Source of the DNA: a bacterium
Lineage (GTDB): Bacteria > UBA8248 > JACPRG01 > G963555815
Length of the DNA stretch: 64,000 bases
NCBI GenBank assembly: GCA_963555815.3
Contig: CAUVWX020000001.1
Location: 576,001 to 640,000, forward strand
Reading direction: 5' to 3'
Shown here: piece after piece, positions 20,261 to 31,066 of the stretch
Position numbering within the stretch: the stretch's first letter is position 1
Layout of the letters: each line of letters opens with the position of its first letter
The notes under the pieces: model-generated
Told to the model about the DNA's origin: nothing
What the model saw: the letters and a program-made list of their open reading frames with translations, nothing else
The model's database searches: none
Translations under genes and position numbers: made by a program

Positions 20261-20281
20261 GTTCCCTGAGGTCCCCCTAGG

Positions 20282-20839
20282 ATGGCGGACGAGGTGAACG
20301 CGAGAGAGGCCCTCCGCCAGATCATCCTTGAAAAGTCCTACGAGAAACGTCCGGTAGTCCTCACCTCGGGGGCGAAGAGCGACTGGTATATCGACGGAAA
20401 ACAGACGACTCTGAACCCCAAGGGGCTGGCCCTCGTCGGCGAAATATTCTTTGAGCGCCTTCAGGGAAGCGGCATTGAAGCCGTCGGAGGAGCCACCATG
20501 GGGGCAGACCCCATCGTGGCGGCCGTTGCCCTCTTGAGCCAGCTTCGGGGAGAACCGCTGCCCGCCTTCGTCGTCCGAAAGGAACCAAAATCCCACGGGA
20601 CAAGCGCCTGGATCGAGGGAATGGCGAATCTGCGCCGGGGGATGCGAGTCGCCATCGTAGAAGACGTGGTGACGACGGGGGGATCGGTCCTCCACGCCAT
20701 CCAGCAGGCCCAGGCCGAGGGGCTTGAGGTGGCCCGTGTCCTCGTCCTCGTGGACCGTCAGGAAGGGGGGCGAGAGAATCTTAATAAAGCGGGCTTTGAG
20801 CTCGAGGCCATCTTCACGCGAGAGGAACTGCTGGCTTAA
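20282..20839 (+). CDS. pyrE: Orotate phosphoribosyltransferase
   Basis: LTSGAKSDWYID, VRKEPKSHGT, VEDVVTTGGS. Confidence 0.96.
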   Translation: MADEVNAREALRQIILEKSYEKRPVVLTSGAKSDWYIDGKQTTLNPKGLALVGEIFFERLQGSGIEAVGGATMGADPIVAAVALLSQLRGEPLPAFVVRKEPKSHGTSAWIEGMANLRRGMRVAIVEDVVTTGGSVLHAIQQAQAEGLEVARVLVLVDRQEGGRENLNKAGFELEAIFTREELLA

Positions 20840-20917
20840 ACTCCGTCAAACCCTCCATTTTTCTCTTTTCACACATTTCCCAATGTAACGCCGCTTTTAA
20901 GAGATATTATATTATCG

Positions 20918-21403
20918 ATGATAATGAATTATGACAGGCCTTATATTAGAGGAGTAGCTGAGATAGTGATCAACGTCCGTGACATTGCTTGCATGCAGAA
21001 GTTCTACGAAGAAGTTCTGAGATTCGCCTATCACAGCCGGTATCCTGACAAAGATTCCACCATTGTTTTTCTAACCATTGCTGATTTGGATTCGCCTCTG
21101 GGTCGCGGAGGACATCCTCAACTTTTCGCCTTGATTGATTCGGAGAGGCACATTTACACCAAAGATACTTATATTGGGATCGACAATCAGAGATCCTCGC
21201 TGAGTCACTTCGCCTTCGAGATCGATGAGGCAAACTTCGAGTCAGAGCAGCAGCGCCTGAAAGATCTCGGGCTGGAAACCCACACCGAGTCGTTTCCTGA
21301 TGTGCAGGCCAAGGCGATCTTTTTCGACGACCTTGAGGGTAACCATCTCGAGTTGATTTGCCATCACAGCGGGGACTCCGCTAAAAATTACTCAAAAATT
21401 TAA
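20918..21403 (+). CDS. VOC/glyoxalase family protein
   Basis: FYEEVL, HFAFEI, FFDDLEGNHLEL; AT-richer than flanks. Confidence 0.85.
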   Translation: MIMNYDRPYIRGVAEIVINVRDIACMQKFYEEVLRFAYHSRYPDKDSTIVFLTIADLDSPLGRGGHPQLFALIDSERHIYTKDTYIGIDNQRSSLSHFAFEIDEANFESEQQRLKDLGLETHTESFPDVQAKAIFFDDLEGNHLELICHHSGDSAKNYSKI

Positions 21404-21582
21404 TCTCCGTTCAGGTTTTCCATCCGGCAGACCCTTCCCTCGGAGTCAAAGCAGGCTTATCTCCGCTTTCATGGTCGAAACGCCGAGAAGTGGTGGGACA
21501 GGGACGCGGGCGAGCAGCGGTATAATTACCTCCACTTCCAGGAAGAGCTTTTTCCCTACGCTGACTTCTTGTTGGGGGGGAA

Positions 21583-22557
21583 TTAATCCGCTAAGACGGG
21601 GCTGGGTCTCTTTTTTCTTTGGACCACGGTTTCGACGGCACGGACGACGTGGGAGGCCGTGAGGCCGTATTTCTCCATAAGCTGCTCAGGCGTGCCGGAC
21701 TCCGCATAGGTGTCCCTGATCCCCACACATTCGATGGGGACGGGATGGGTGCGGGCCGCCGCCTGGACCACTTGATTGGCGAGCCCTCCTGTCAAGAGAT
21801 GCTCCTCGGCCGTGACGAGGGCCCCGGAGACCCGGGCCGCCTCGGCGACGGCATCCTCATCGACGGGCTTGACCGTGTGCATGTCAATGACGCCGACGTC
21901 CAGCCCTTTCTGCCGAAGGAGGTTTTCGGCCTTGAAAGCCTCTGCCAGCAGAAGACCGTTGGCGATGATGGTCGCATCTTTCCCTAGGCGGTGAACAAAG
22001 GCCTTTCCCAGCTCAAACGGGCCTCCATCCGGGTAGATGATGGGGACCTTTGGCCGCCCGACCCGGATATAGACGGGCCCCACGTGCTCGGCGGCCTTTC
22101 TGACGAGAGCGGACGTGGCCGCCTGGTCCGCTGGGACAACGGCCCACATCCCAGGGAGGGCACAGGCCAGCGCAATATCCTCTACGCTCTGCTGGGAGGG
22201 CCCGTCCTCCCCAATCGAGATCCCCCCGTGGGAGGCCACGATCTTGACATTGCTCTCTGGAAAGGCAACCCCGATCCGGAGCTGGTCATAGCCCTTACAA
22301 AGGAGAAAACAGGCAAAGCTGCTGATGAAGGGGATCTTGCCAGCGCGGGCGAGGCCCACCGCTACCGAGACCATGTTGGCTTCCGCAATCCCCACATTGA
22401 AGAAGCGCTCGGGGAATGTGTTCCCGAACTTTTTTGTCCGGGTGGACTCGCTGAGGTCGGCGTCGAGGACGACGATGTCGGGGTTCTCCTTCCCCAGCTC
22501 CAGGAGGGTCTCCCCATAAGCATCCCGCGTCGCCGGGCCCAGCTTAAATTCCTGCAT
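21583..22557 (-). CDS. Transketolase, C-terminal subunit
   Basis: TRDAYG, GIAEANM, GEDGPSQQ, TAEEH. Confidence 0.93.
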   Translation of the reverse strand: MQEFKLGPATRDAYGETLLELGKENPDIVVLDADLSESTRTKKFGNTFPERFFNVGIAEANMVSVAVGLARAGKIPFISSFACFLLCKGYDQLRIGVAFPESNVKIVASHGGISIGEDGPSQQSVEDIALACALPGMWAVVPADQAATSALVRKAAEHVGPVYIRVGRPKVPIIYPDGGPFELGKAFVHRLGKDATIIANGLLLAEAFKAENLLRQKGLDVGVIDMHTVKPVDEDAVAEAARVSGALVTAEEHLLTGGLANQVVQAAARTHPVPIECVGIRDTYAESGTPEQLMEKYGLTASHVVRAVETVVQRKKRPSPVLAD

Positions 22558-22621
22558 CCAAAAACCCCTTCAATCTACAGCGCCGACCCGAATCCATGCC
22601 CCAGCAGTTTCCGCCCACGCA

Positions 22622-23482
22622 TCAGGAGAGTTCTTGAAGGGCCTTCTCCGTCTGCTCTTTGGTGGGGGCCTTCCCGTGGAAGGCCGGATTATTCTCCATG
22701 AAGGAGACACCCTTCCCCTTTACGGTCCTGGCGAGGATGACGCTCGGGCGGCCCCGCGTGGAGGCGGCTTTTTTGAAGGCCGCGAAGATCTGACTGAAGT
22801 CGTGCCCGTCAATCTCCTGGACGTGCCAACCAAAGGCTTTCCACTTGGGGACAATGGGCTCCATGTCCAGGATGTCTCTTGTGAAACCGTCCAGCTGAAT
22901 GCCGTTGCAGTCCACGATGGCCGTCAGGTTGTCCACCTTTTGGTGGGCCGCAAACATGGCCGCTTCCCACACCTGTCCCTCCTCGGACTCCCCGTCGCCG
23001 ATGATGACGTAGGTGCGGCAGGAACGCTTATCCAGCCGGGCCCCAAGGGCCAATCCCACGGCGATGGAGAGGCCCTGGCCCAGAGAGCCGGTCGAAGCCT
23101 CCAAGATGGGAAGAAGACGCCGGTCAGGATGACCTTGCAACGGGCTTCCGAGCTTGCGAAAGGTCATCAACTCCTCGACCGGGAGGTACCCCGTCTCGGC
23201 CAGGACGCTGTAGAGGGCAGGGCAACCGTGGCCCTTGCTGAGGAGAAAGCGGTCGCGGTCGGGCCAGTCGGGCTCCCCAGGGCGGTGGCGAAGGGTGTGA
23301 AAGAACAGGGCCACCAGGATCTCCACCATCGAGAGAGAGCCCCCCGGGTGACCTGAACCTGCCTCGCTGATCATCCGAATGATATGGCGGCGGACGACCT
23401 TCGCCTTGTCGGCCAACTCCTCAAGATTGTGAGACTTTTTGTCAGCCGCTCTCGCACGAAGACCTGAAGCCTGGGGACTCAT
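22622..23482 (-). CDS. Transketolase, N-terminal subunit
   Basis: SGHPGGSLS, RDRFLLSKGH, LQGHP, GDGESEEG TPP motif. Confidence 0.95.
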   Translation of the reverse strand: MSPQASGLRARAADKKSHNLEELADKAKVVRRHIIRMISEAGSGHPGGSLSMVEILVALFFHTLRHRPGEPDWPDRDRFLLSKGHGCPALYSVLAETGYLPVEELMTFRKLGSPLQGHPDRRLLPILEASTGSLGQGLSIAVGLALGARLDKRSCRTYVIIGDGESEEGQVWEAAMFAAHQKVDNLTAIVDCNGIQLDGFTRDILDMEPIVPKWKAFGWHVQEIDGHDFSQIFAAFKKAASTRGRPSVILARTVKGKGVSFMENNPAFHGKAPTKEQTEKALQELS

Positions 23483-23715
23483 CCCTTAACTCCGCCAACA
23501 GGGAATTCTACTTTTAGGTGTGAACGGTCATAAGGCGCAGGGCAGGGGGACAACGGAACTGTATCAGATCGCCCACTCCGGTTCAAGCCAGCTTTTTCCT
23601 CTCTTTTCCTCATCTCTGTCTCACCGATGGGACAACCTCAGGGCCTCTTTCTAGAGGAAAAGAAAACGGAATTCAAGTGGGCGAAGGGATAAAGAACGGG
23701 GCGCAATATCGCTAT

Positions 23716-23781
23716 CAATAATGACTATTGACAATTTTTGCCCCTCGGCCTAAATTATTTATCGTCGGAAATGGTTCTCAG
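23716..23781 (+). promoter_or_regulatory. Sigma70 promoter overlapped by Fur/PerR-like operators
   Basis: TTGACA 23728-23733, 17 nt, TAAATT 23751-23756; palindrome CAATA-ATGAC-TATTG 23716-23730; GGAAATGGTTCTCA downstream. Confidence 0.6.
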
Positions 23782-23960
23782 CGTTTCCAAGGAATCCTTG
23801 AGGGGTACCCTATCAGAGGGGTTTGTGCCCCCTCCGAGGACTTGACATGGCACCAGGGCCACCCCGCAACCAGTCCCAACGTCAGGCAGGAAACCCGATG
23901 GTCACAAAAGGGCCTAGAAAGACAAGGATGGAAGGGCGGTATCGGAAAAGGGATCAGCCC

Positions 23961-24416
23961 ATGGAAAAACCCCTCACTGAGAGCGAATTGAGGAACAAGC
24001 TGAGATCGCAAGGGGGTCGTTTCACCCCACAACGGGCGGCTGTTTACCAGATCCTCCGAAAGGGGTCTCACCCAATGGCCGAGGAGATCTATTCCTTGGT
24101 CAAGAAGGAGGTTCCCCGGATCAGCCTGGCCACGGTCTATAAGGCCCTGGAGGCCCTGGTGGCGTCCGGGCTTGCGGCAAAGCTGGAGTGTGGGAGCGCC
24201 CCTGCGCGATACGACTGGGATCTCCAGGAGCACTATCACACCCGATGTCTTCGCTGCCGCGAGATCCGAGACCTCCCGCCCGGGCTCAAGCCCGGCCTCC
24301 CAAAAGGCCCTTCGGATGTGGACGGGTTCAGGGTGCTGGGCCACCGTCTCGAGGTGCTGGGCTATTGCGCCCGGTGTAGGGCAAAGGCTCCTCCAGACGG
24401 AAGGGGCCTTTCTTGA
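23961..24416 (+). CDS. Fur/PerR family transcriptional regulator
   Basis: TPQRAAV, HPMAEEIY, ISLATVYKAL, HYHTRCLRC, GYCARC. Confidence 0.92.
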   Translation: MEKPLTESELRNKLRSQGGRFTPQRAAVYQILRKGSHPMAEEIYSLVKKEVPRISLATVYKALEALVASGLAAKLECGSAPARYDWDLQEHYHTRCLRCREIRDLPPGLKPGLPKGPSDVDGFRVLGHRLEVLGYCARCRAKAPPDGRGLS

Positions 24417-24428
24417 AGGGGTAGTTGC

Positions 24429-26387
24429 GTGGAGAAGAAGGAGAAAACCTTCCCAGAGACCAAGAGGAGCGGGATTCGTATACTCCTCCACGGGTCTTTA
24501 GGCCGGATGACTTACCTGACGGCCCTTTGTGGAACGCTGGGGCTAAGCGGGGCGGTCCTCTCTTGGTTCTCTCTGACAGCCCCTTGGGTCCCAATTCTCC
24601 TCTACGCCCTTGCCTATATCGCGGGTGGGTTCTACGCCACCCGAAGCGCCCTCTCCGCCCTCTGGTCCCTCACGGTGGACGTGAACCTCCTCATGGTGGT
24701 GGCGGCCCTGGGGGCGGCCTCCATTGGCCATTGGGGAGAGGGGACAGTCCTCATGTTCCTCTTCTCCCTCAGCAACACCTTGGAGGCCATGGCCATAGGT
24801 TCCACGCGCCGGGCCATCCGCTCTTTGGTAAATCTCAGACCGGCCGAGGCCCTTGTCCTTCGGGACGGACGTGAGGTCCGGGTGGCGGCCAAGACGCTCT
24901 CGGCGGGCGACCATATCATGGTCCGGCCCGGAGAGATGATCCCGGCCGACGGGCTCATCGTCTCCGGCGACTCCTCCGTAGACCAGTCCTCCATCACAGG
25001 GGAGTCCCTGCCGGTGGAAAAGGGCCCTGGCGCTTCCGTCTTCGCCGGAACCCTGAACCAGCAGGGTGCCCTGGAGGTCCGCGTCACCCGGTGCGCTGAG
25101 AACACGACCCTTGCCCGGATCATCCGGCTGGTGGAGAAGGCCCAGGCCCAGAAGGCCAAGGCCCAGCGTCTCACGGAGTGGTTCGGCCGATACTATAGCG
25201 TGGGCGTCATCGGAGGGGCGGCAGCCCTTGCTCTCATTCCGCCACTCTTCTTTGAGGTCTCATTCTCCCAGATGTTCTATCGAGCCATGATACTCCTGGT
25301 CGTGTCCTCCCCCTGCGCCGCAGTCATCTCCATCCCCGCCTCCATTCTCTCGGCCATCGCCCGGGCTGCGAACGACGGGATCCTCTTCAAGGGGGGGACC
25401 TATCTGGAGGATCTCGCCGGGGTTCACGTCATGACCTTCGACAAGACAGGGACGCTGACGACGGGCCGACCCCGGGTGACGGACATCCTGCCCACGGATG
25501 GAACTCCCTCGGAAGAGCTCCTTCGGATTGCCGCCTCAGCAGAGCGCTTCTCAGAGCACCCCCTGGCGGAGGCCGTCATGGAGGCGGCCTCTTCCAAGGG
25601 GCTCACCCTGATCCCCACTTCCTCCCTGCAGTCCATCGGCGGAAGAGGGGTCCGGGCCGAGGTGGGGGGAAAGATGGTCCTCGTCGGAAATGAGCGCCTC
25701 TATGATGAGGAGGGAATCTCACTCTCCCCGCGCGTTCGCCAGATTGTCGCCACCCTGGAAGAAGAGGGCAAGACGACGATGATCGTGAGGGAAGGAGACT
25801 CCTCAGACTCCGATGGGGCCCTGGGCGTCATCGGCCTGGCCGACACCCTTCGGCCGGGGGTTCACCGGGCCCTGGAGGGGCTCAAGCGAAACGGCATCCA
25901 TCGGATCGTCATGCTGACGGGGGACAACGAGCGCGCGGCCCAGTCTGTGGCGGCGGCCTTGGGGATCGAAGAGGTCCGGGCCGATCTCCTCCCGGAGGAA
26001 AAGGTGGAGGCGGTGCAAGACCTCATCCGGACCCACGGAAAGGTAGCCATGGTGGGAGACGGGGTCAACGACGCCCCCGCCCTGGCGGTCTCCACGGTGG
26101 GAATGGCCATGGGGGCTGCAGGGAGCGATGTGGCACTGGAGACGGCGGATGTCGTCCTCATGGGTGATGACCTGCGAAAAATCCCCCACGCCCTTTCCCT
26201 CAGCCGGCACTCCCTTCGGATCCTCAAGCAGAACCTCCTTTTCTCCTTCCTCGTGATGGCCGCTCTCGTGGTCTTGACCCTGACAGGAGAACTCTCGCTC
26301 CCCTTCGGAGTCGTGGGCCATGAGGGGAGCACCCTCCTGGTTGTGGCGAACGGCCTCAGGCTGCTTCGAAAGAAGAAAAGAATCTAG
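24429..26387 (+). CDS. Heavy-metal P1B-4-type ATPase (Co/Zn/Fe efflux)
   Basis: TGES, SPC in TM, DKTGT, HP, GDGVND, HEGST; no N-terminal metal-binding domain. Confidence 0.93.
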   Translation: MEKKEKTFPETKRSGIRILLHGSLGRMTYLTALCGTLGLSGAVLSWFSLTAPWVPILLYALAYIAGGFYATRSALSALWSLTVDVNLLMVVAALGAASIGHWGEGTVLMFLFSLSNTLEAMAIGSTRRAIRSLVNLRPAEALVLRDGREVRVAAKTLSAGDHIMVRPGEMIPADGLIVSGDSSVDQSSITGESLPVEKGPGASVFAGTLNQQGALEVRVTRCAENTTLARIIRLVEKAQAQKAKAQRLTEWFGRYYSVGVIGGAAALALIPPLFFEVSFSQMFYRAMILLVVSSPCAAVISIPASILSAIARAANDGILFKGGTYLEDLAGVHVMTFDKTGTLTTGRPRVTDILPTDGTPSEELLRIAASAERFSEHPLAEAVMEAASSKGLTLIPTSSLQSIGGRGVRAEVGGKMVLVGNERLYDEEGISLSPRVRQIVATLEEEGKTTMIVREGDSSDSDGALGVIGLADTLRPGVHRALEGLKRNGIHRIVMLTGDNERAAQSVAAALGIEEVRADLLPEEKVEAVQDLIRTHGKVAMVGDGVNDAPALAVSTVGMAMGAAGSDVALETADVVLMGDDLRKIPHALSLSRHSLRILKQNLLFSFLVMAALVVLTLTGELSLPFGVVGHEGSTLLVVANGLRLLRKKKRI

Positions 26388-26480
26388 GCTGCTGCTATGG
26401 CGGGAGACTTTCGTCCCTTAGGGGAGGGGTACGGGGCCCACCCTGCGAGGCTTAATCGAAGCCCAGAGGAGGTTTTTATC

Positions 26481-27299
26481 CTAAGGGCTTCGCGGTCGCC
26501 AACCTTCCCGCCGGATGAGGCGAAGGAGAATTCCGTGGGTCTGGTTTCGCCACCCGGTGATCATGCTTCGCAAGTTGGGCCAGCCGTGGAGGAAGACCAT
26601 GAAGATGTGGATCAAGAAGAAAAGGAGAAAGGCAGGGACCAGGAGAAAATGCCAGAGACGGACCATCTGGTATCCGCCCAGCCCTTGGGTGAGCCAGCTG
26701 AGCTGGGTCGGCTTATAGATGGCGAGACCACTCACGACGGAGAAGATCCCAAGGAGATTGATCCCCAAATAGGCTATCTTCTGAAGAGGGTTATAGATGC
26801 CCACCCGTGGAGGTTCATGCCGCCGAAACCCCACGTACCAGCGAAACTGCGCCCAAATGTTCTTAACATCCTGAACCGTGGGGAAGATGTGGCGATAGCG
26901 TCCCCCAAAACTGAGGCTGCCAAAATAGACGAGGGCGGCGGCGATGTAGAACCACATAAAGGTGAGGTGCCAATTGAGCCCTCCGGCCAGCCACCCCCCG
27001 AGGCTCCAGTCCCTATAAAACTGCTGTGAGAACCGCCAGAACACGGGTTGCTCCCACCCGATCCGCAATCCCCCCATCGCGAAATCAGGATAGGCCCAAT
27101 AGATCCGAAGACCGCTCAGGGCCATAAGGGTCAAGAAAAGGAAGTTCAGCCAGTGGGTGCTCCGGACGATCCAGGAGTGAGTATAGGTCCAGCCGGATTT
27201 TGGAGGGGTTTCAAGGCTCTCTGTTCCTGCCGAAGGGTCTTCCTTAAACTCCGCCGGCTCTCCCTCGCGTCCTTCTTGGTCCATCGTGGTCTCCTTCAA
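26481..27299 (-). CDS. Cytochrome b/b6 domain membrane protein (Ni/Fe-hydrogenase b-type/YdhU-like)
   Basis: RSTHWLN, WHLTFMW, YNPLQK, RLWHF...IHIFM, SMITG. Confidence 0.88.
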   Translation of the reverse strand: MKETTMDQEGREGEPAEFKEDPSAGTESLETPPKSGWTYTHSWIVRSTHWLNFLFLTLMALSGLRIYWAYPDFAMGGLRIGWEQPVFWRFSQQFYRDWSLGGWLAGGLNWHLTFMWFYIAAALVYFGSLSFGGRYRHIFPTVQDVKNIWAQFRWYVGFRRHEPPRVGIYNPLQKIAYLGINLLGIFSVVSGLAIYKPTQLSWLTQGLGGYQMVRLWHFLLVPAFLLFFLIHIFMVFLHGWPNLRSMITGWRNQTHGILLRLIRREGWRPRSP

Positions 27300-29353
27300 G
27301 CCCCTGGCGAGGGGGCAGGTTCCAGCGCCACATCGTAGCGGGAGAACTGCATCGAGTATGTGGCTCGGCCCTGGGTGGCCGAGCGAAGGTCGGTGCTGTA
27401 GCCGAAGAGGCGGGAAAGGGGCGCGCTGGCTTTGACGAGCTTCACTTTGCCCCTGTCCACAATGGCCTCCACCTTTCCTCTCCTTGCATTCAGGTCATTG
27501 ATGACAGCCCCGAGGAAGTCCTCGGGCACGACAATCTCGACCCTCATGAGGGGCTCAAGGAGGACTGGCCTTGCGCGCCCCAAGGCGGCTTGAAACGCCT
27601 TCGCGGCCGCCACCTCATAGGCCAGCTCTGTTGACTTCGACTCATTATAACTCCCACCCACCACCTGAGCCAAGAGGTCAACCACCTGGTACCCTCGAAG
27701 GGGCCCGCTCTGGGCCTGGAGGGTCATACTCTGCTCGAGGGCGGGCCAGAACTCGGCGGGGATCTCGGCCTCACTCAGGCGGACCCCTGACTTCAGTCCA
27801 GCACCCCTCGGAAGAGGTTCCACACGGACAACCGCCTGAGCGAACTGGATCTTTCCAGAAACCTCATGTTCAAAGACGCCTTCGGCCTCGGCCGCCTGGG
27901 CGATGGTCTCCCGATAGACGACCTGAGGCTTGCCCACCTTGACCTTCAGGCCGAATTCCTCAATCAGCCTCCGGACGAGAACATCCAGGTGGAGCTCCCC
28001 CATTCCCGAAAGAAGGGTTTGGCCGGTCTCCTCATCAACCCGGACCCGAAAGGTGGGGTCCTCGGCCATGAGCTTCTCCAGGGATTCGTTGAGCTTTTTC
28101 TCTTCAGCCGAGGACTGGGCCTCCAGGGCGATATCCATCACGGGGGTTGGGACCTGGAGACTCTCAAACTGGATGGGAGAGTCGCGGGGGCAGAGGGTAT
28201 CTCCGGTATAGGTCGCCTTGAGACCCGTCGCGGCGATAATGCTTCCTGGCCCGGCCACCTCCAGGCGCTCCCGCTTGTTGGAGAACATCCGAAAGATCCG
28301 GGCCGCCCGCTCCTCCACCGCTTGGTTGGCGTTGAAGACACTCGTCCCCGGCTTGATCTGACCCGAGTAGATCCGAAGATAGGTGAGCCGCCTTCCCTCG
28401 TCCGTGATGATCTTAAAGGCGAGGGCCGAGAGGGGGGCCTTGGGGTCGTGGGGCCGTTCGGCAGGATCCCCGGTCCTGGGATCGATCCCCTGGGTCGGCG
28501 GGAGATCCAGGGGGGAGGGCAAAAGATCCACCACAGCGTCCAGAAGCGGCTGGACCCCTTGGTTTCGAAGGCCGGAGCCCATGAGGACGGGGACGCCCCG
28601 ATTGGCCAGCGTGATCCTTCGAAGGGCCGCTCGGATGGCATCGGGGCTCGACCCCTCGCCACCCAGGTAGGCCGCGAGAAACGTCTCGTCCAGCTCGGCA
28701 ATGGACTCCAGGAGTCGCTCTCGCGCCTCCTGCGAGGTTTTTTCCAACTCCCCGGGGATATCAGTGATGAGGACGGCCTTCCCCTGGTCCTCGGAAGACC
28801 AGGTGAGGGCCCGTTCCTCGATCAGGTCCACCACTCCCCGAAAGCCCTGTTCGGCACCAATGGGGAGCTGAAGACAGAGGGGTTCGGCCCCCAACTTCTC
28901 TCGTATCTCCTGGAGGACGTGGGTGAACTCGGCCCCGATCCGGTCCAGCTTGTTGATGAAGGCGATGCGGGGGATCCGGTATCGGTCGGCCTGGTGCCAG
29001 ACCGTCTCGGATTGCGGTTCCACGCCCTCGACGGCGCTGAAGATGGCAATGGCCCCGTCCAGGATGCGAAGGCTGCGCTCCACCTCAATGGTGAAATCCA
29101 CGTGGCCCGGAGTGTCCAGGATGGTGACAAGGTAATCTTTCCACAAGATCGTGACGGCAGCCGCCGTGATGCTGATCCCGCGCCCGCGCTCCTGGGGCAT
29201 CCAATCCGTGGTGGCCAGGCCCTCATGGACCTCCCCCAGGCGGTGGATGCCGCCCGTGTAGAAAAGGATCCGCTCGGTGACGGTCGTCTTCCCGGCGTCA
29301 ATGTGGGAGATGATCCCGATGTTTCGGGTCTTTCGAAGATCGCGTTGAGGCAT
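27296..29353 (-). CDS. fusA: Elongation factor G paralogue (outside the str operon)
   Basis: HIDAGKTT, DTPGHVDF, NKLD, GMGELHL, LLEP, LRSATQGRA. Confidence 0.92.
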   Translation of the reverse strand: MPQRDLRKTRNIGIISHIDAGKTTVTERILFYTGGIHRLGEVHEGLATTDWMPQERGRGISITAAAVTILWKDYLVTILDTPGHVDFTIEVERSLRILDGAIAIFSAVEGVEPQSETVWHQADRYRIPRIAFINKLDRIGAEFTHVLQEIREKLGAEPLCLQLPIGAEQGFRGVVDLIEERALTWSSEDQGKAVLITDIPGELEKTSQEARERLLESIAELDETFLAAYLGGEGSSPDAIRAALRRITLANRGVPVLMGSGLRNQGVQPLLDAVVDLLPSPLDLPPTQGIDPRTGDPAERPHDPKAPLSALAFKIITDEGRRLTYLRIYSGQIKPGTSVFNANQAVEERAARIFRMFSNKRERLEVAGPGSIIAATGLKATYTGDTLCPRDSPIQFESLQVPTPVMDIALEAQSSAEEKKLNESLEKLMAEDPTFRVRVDEETGQTLLSGMGELHLDVLVRRLIEEFGLKVKVGKPQVVYRETIAQAAEAEGVFEHEVSGKIQFAQAVVRVEPLPRGAGLKSGVRLSEAEIPAEFWPALEQSMTLQAQSGPLRGYQVVDLLAQVVGGSYNESKSTELAYEVAAAKAFQAALGRARPVLLEPLMRVEIVVPEDFLGAVINDLNARRGKVEAIVDRGKVKLVKASAPLSRLFGYSTDLRSATQGRATYSMQFSRYDVALEPAPSPGA

Positions 29354-29384
29354 TAGGATACCCTGAGGGTTAATCCGGCTTAAA

Positions 29385-30419
29385 TTATTCCTCACGCCTG
29401 AGGTGGTCATGGCCGCTGATGTTGATGGGCTCCTCGGACCCGTCCCGTCGAAGGAGCCGCCCTGAGCCGGGGGAGGTCAGCTGTCCGATGCGCGTGAGGC
29501 GTGTCCCCGTCTCCTGGTGGACCCGGGCTGAGAGATCATCTACCGCCTCCGGCCTCACAGCGACCAGGAGCTCATAATCCTCCCCTCCCATGAGGGCCTG
29601 CTGGACCGGGTCAAGACCGAGATCAGGGGCGGCCGCCCGCAGGGCGTCCGAGAGCGGGAGGGCTTCGGCCTCGATGGAGGCGTCCAAATGGCTCTCATCC
29701 AGGAGCCGGAAAAGATCCCCTGCCAGGCCATCGCTGACGTCGATCATGGCGGTTGCAGCGCCCGAGAGGGCAATACATCTTCCTTCCTGAACCCGGGGGG
29801 TCGGGGTGATAAAGATCTCAACCAGGGAAAGAGACGCTGCCCCTTCAAGAGTTCGCCCCCGGCGCAACACCTCAAGGCCCGCCGCGGCATCCCCAAGCGC
29901 CCCTGTCACCATGAGGGCATCACCCACCCTCCCGCCGGAGCGGCGAAGGACCCGTTCAGGCTCTACTTCTCCCAGGAGGGTGACGTCGACGAGGAGTCCC
30001 CCGCTCGACCGCGCCGTGTTTCCCCCCACGATGACTGTCCCAAAACGTCCTGCCTCCGCCTTAAGACCCTCGTAGAGGGCGTCCACAAAGGCAGTGGGCG
30101 TTTCCTCGGAGAGACCGAGGGAGACCAGGGCATATCTTGGGACTCCCCCCATCGCGGCCATGTCGCTCAGGTTGATGGCCATGGCCTTTCGGCCGAGCTG
30201 CTCCGGGGTGAACTGGCCTGGGACGAAATGTTCGCCCTCCAAGAGGAGGTCGCAAGAGGCGAGGACGATCCTCCCAGGGGTGAAGGTGACCCCCGCGCTG
30301 TCATCCCCCAAGGGGACAACGACACCCTCATCGGCCTTGCCCAGGCGTTCTCGGATCCGATCGATGAGGCCGAACTCACCGACCTCTTTGACTCGCATCT
30401 CTGCTCTCCGGGCCTTCAC
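29385..30419 (-). CDS. thiL: Thiamine-monophosphate kinase
   Basis: GEFGLI, GDDSA, NLSDMAAMGG, DVSDGL, GGEDYEL. Confidence 0.95.
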   Translation of the reverse strand: MKARRAEMRVKEVGEFGLIDRIRERLGKADEGVVVPLGDDSAGVTFTPGRIVLASCDLLLEGEHFVPGQFTPEQLGRKAMAINLSDMAAMGGVPRYALVSLGLSEETPTAFVDALYEGLKAEAGRFGTVIVGGNTARSSGGLLVDVTLLGEVEPERVLRRSGGRVGDALMVTGALGDAAAGLEVLRRGRTLEGAASLSLVEIFITPTPRVQEGRCIALSGAATAMIDVSDGLAGDLFRLLDESHLDASIEAEALPLSDALRAAAPDLGLDPVQQALMGGEDYELLVAVRPEAVDDLSARVHQETGTRLTRIGQLTSPGSGRLLRRDGSEEPINISGHDHLRREE

Positions 30420-31066
30420 AGGGCCGCCTCCATGGCCTTGCGAACAGATCTGGCCGTCCCTTCGGGATCCTTGGAGGCCATCACGGCGGAGATGAGGGCC
30501 GCCCCGGCCGCCCCTGTCTTTATCACCTGTTCCACCTCGTTGGGTCCGATGCCCCCGATCCCCACCACAGGGATACGGACGGCGGAAACAATGGCCGAAA
30601 ACCCCTCAGGACCGATGACGGGATTTTGCGTCTCCTTGGTCAGGGTGGCGAAGACAGGTCCGGCCCCCAGGTAGTCGGCCCCCTCGGCCTGGGCCTTTCT
30701 CGCTTCCTCGGGGGTATCGACTGAGCCCCCGATAATGAATTTAGACCCCGCCACCTTCCGGGCAGCGCGGACAGGCAGATCGTCGGTGCCCAGGTGGACC
30801 CCATCCGCCTCAACCGTTATCGCTACATCCAGGCGGTCGTTGACGATGAGGAGCGCCCCCGCCTCACTGGTGAGGCCTCGAAGCTTTTTGCCGAGGGCCA
30901 CCAATTCTCTCGCCGTCTTCCCCTTAGCGCGAAGCTGGATGGCCGTCGCACCCCCCTGAAGGGCCCCGTGAACCGCCTCCTCGAGGCTCCCCACCCCGGC
31001 GGACAGCACAAGGGCTTCATCGGTGATGACATAAAAGAGAAGACGCCCTCGGTCCAGCATAGGCAT
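30416..31066 (-). CDS. thiE: Thiamine-phosphate synthase
   Basis: QLRAK, VNDRLD, GVHLG, GPVFATLTK, IGGI. Confidence 0.95.
   Translation of the reverse strand: MPMLDRGRLLFYVITDEALVLSAGVGSLEEAVHGALQGGATAIQLRAKGKTARELVALGKKLRGLTSEAGALLIVNDRLDVAITVEADGVHLGTDDLPVRAARKVAGSKFIIGGSVDTPEEARKAQAEGADYLGAGPVFATLTKETQNPVIGPEGFSAIVSAVRIPVVGIGGIGPNEVEQVIKTGAAGAALISAVMASKDPEGTARSVRKAMEAAL

Noticed and set aside
27866..29356. Long antisense ORFs (also 7020-7973, 48182-49339, 58713-59960)
   Set aside because: Shadows of well-supported genes on the opposite strand, expected in GC-rich DNA
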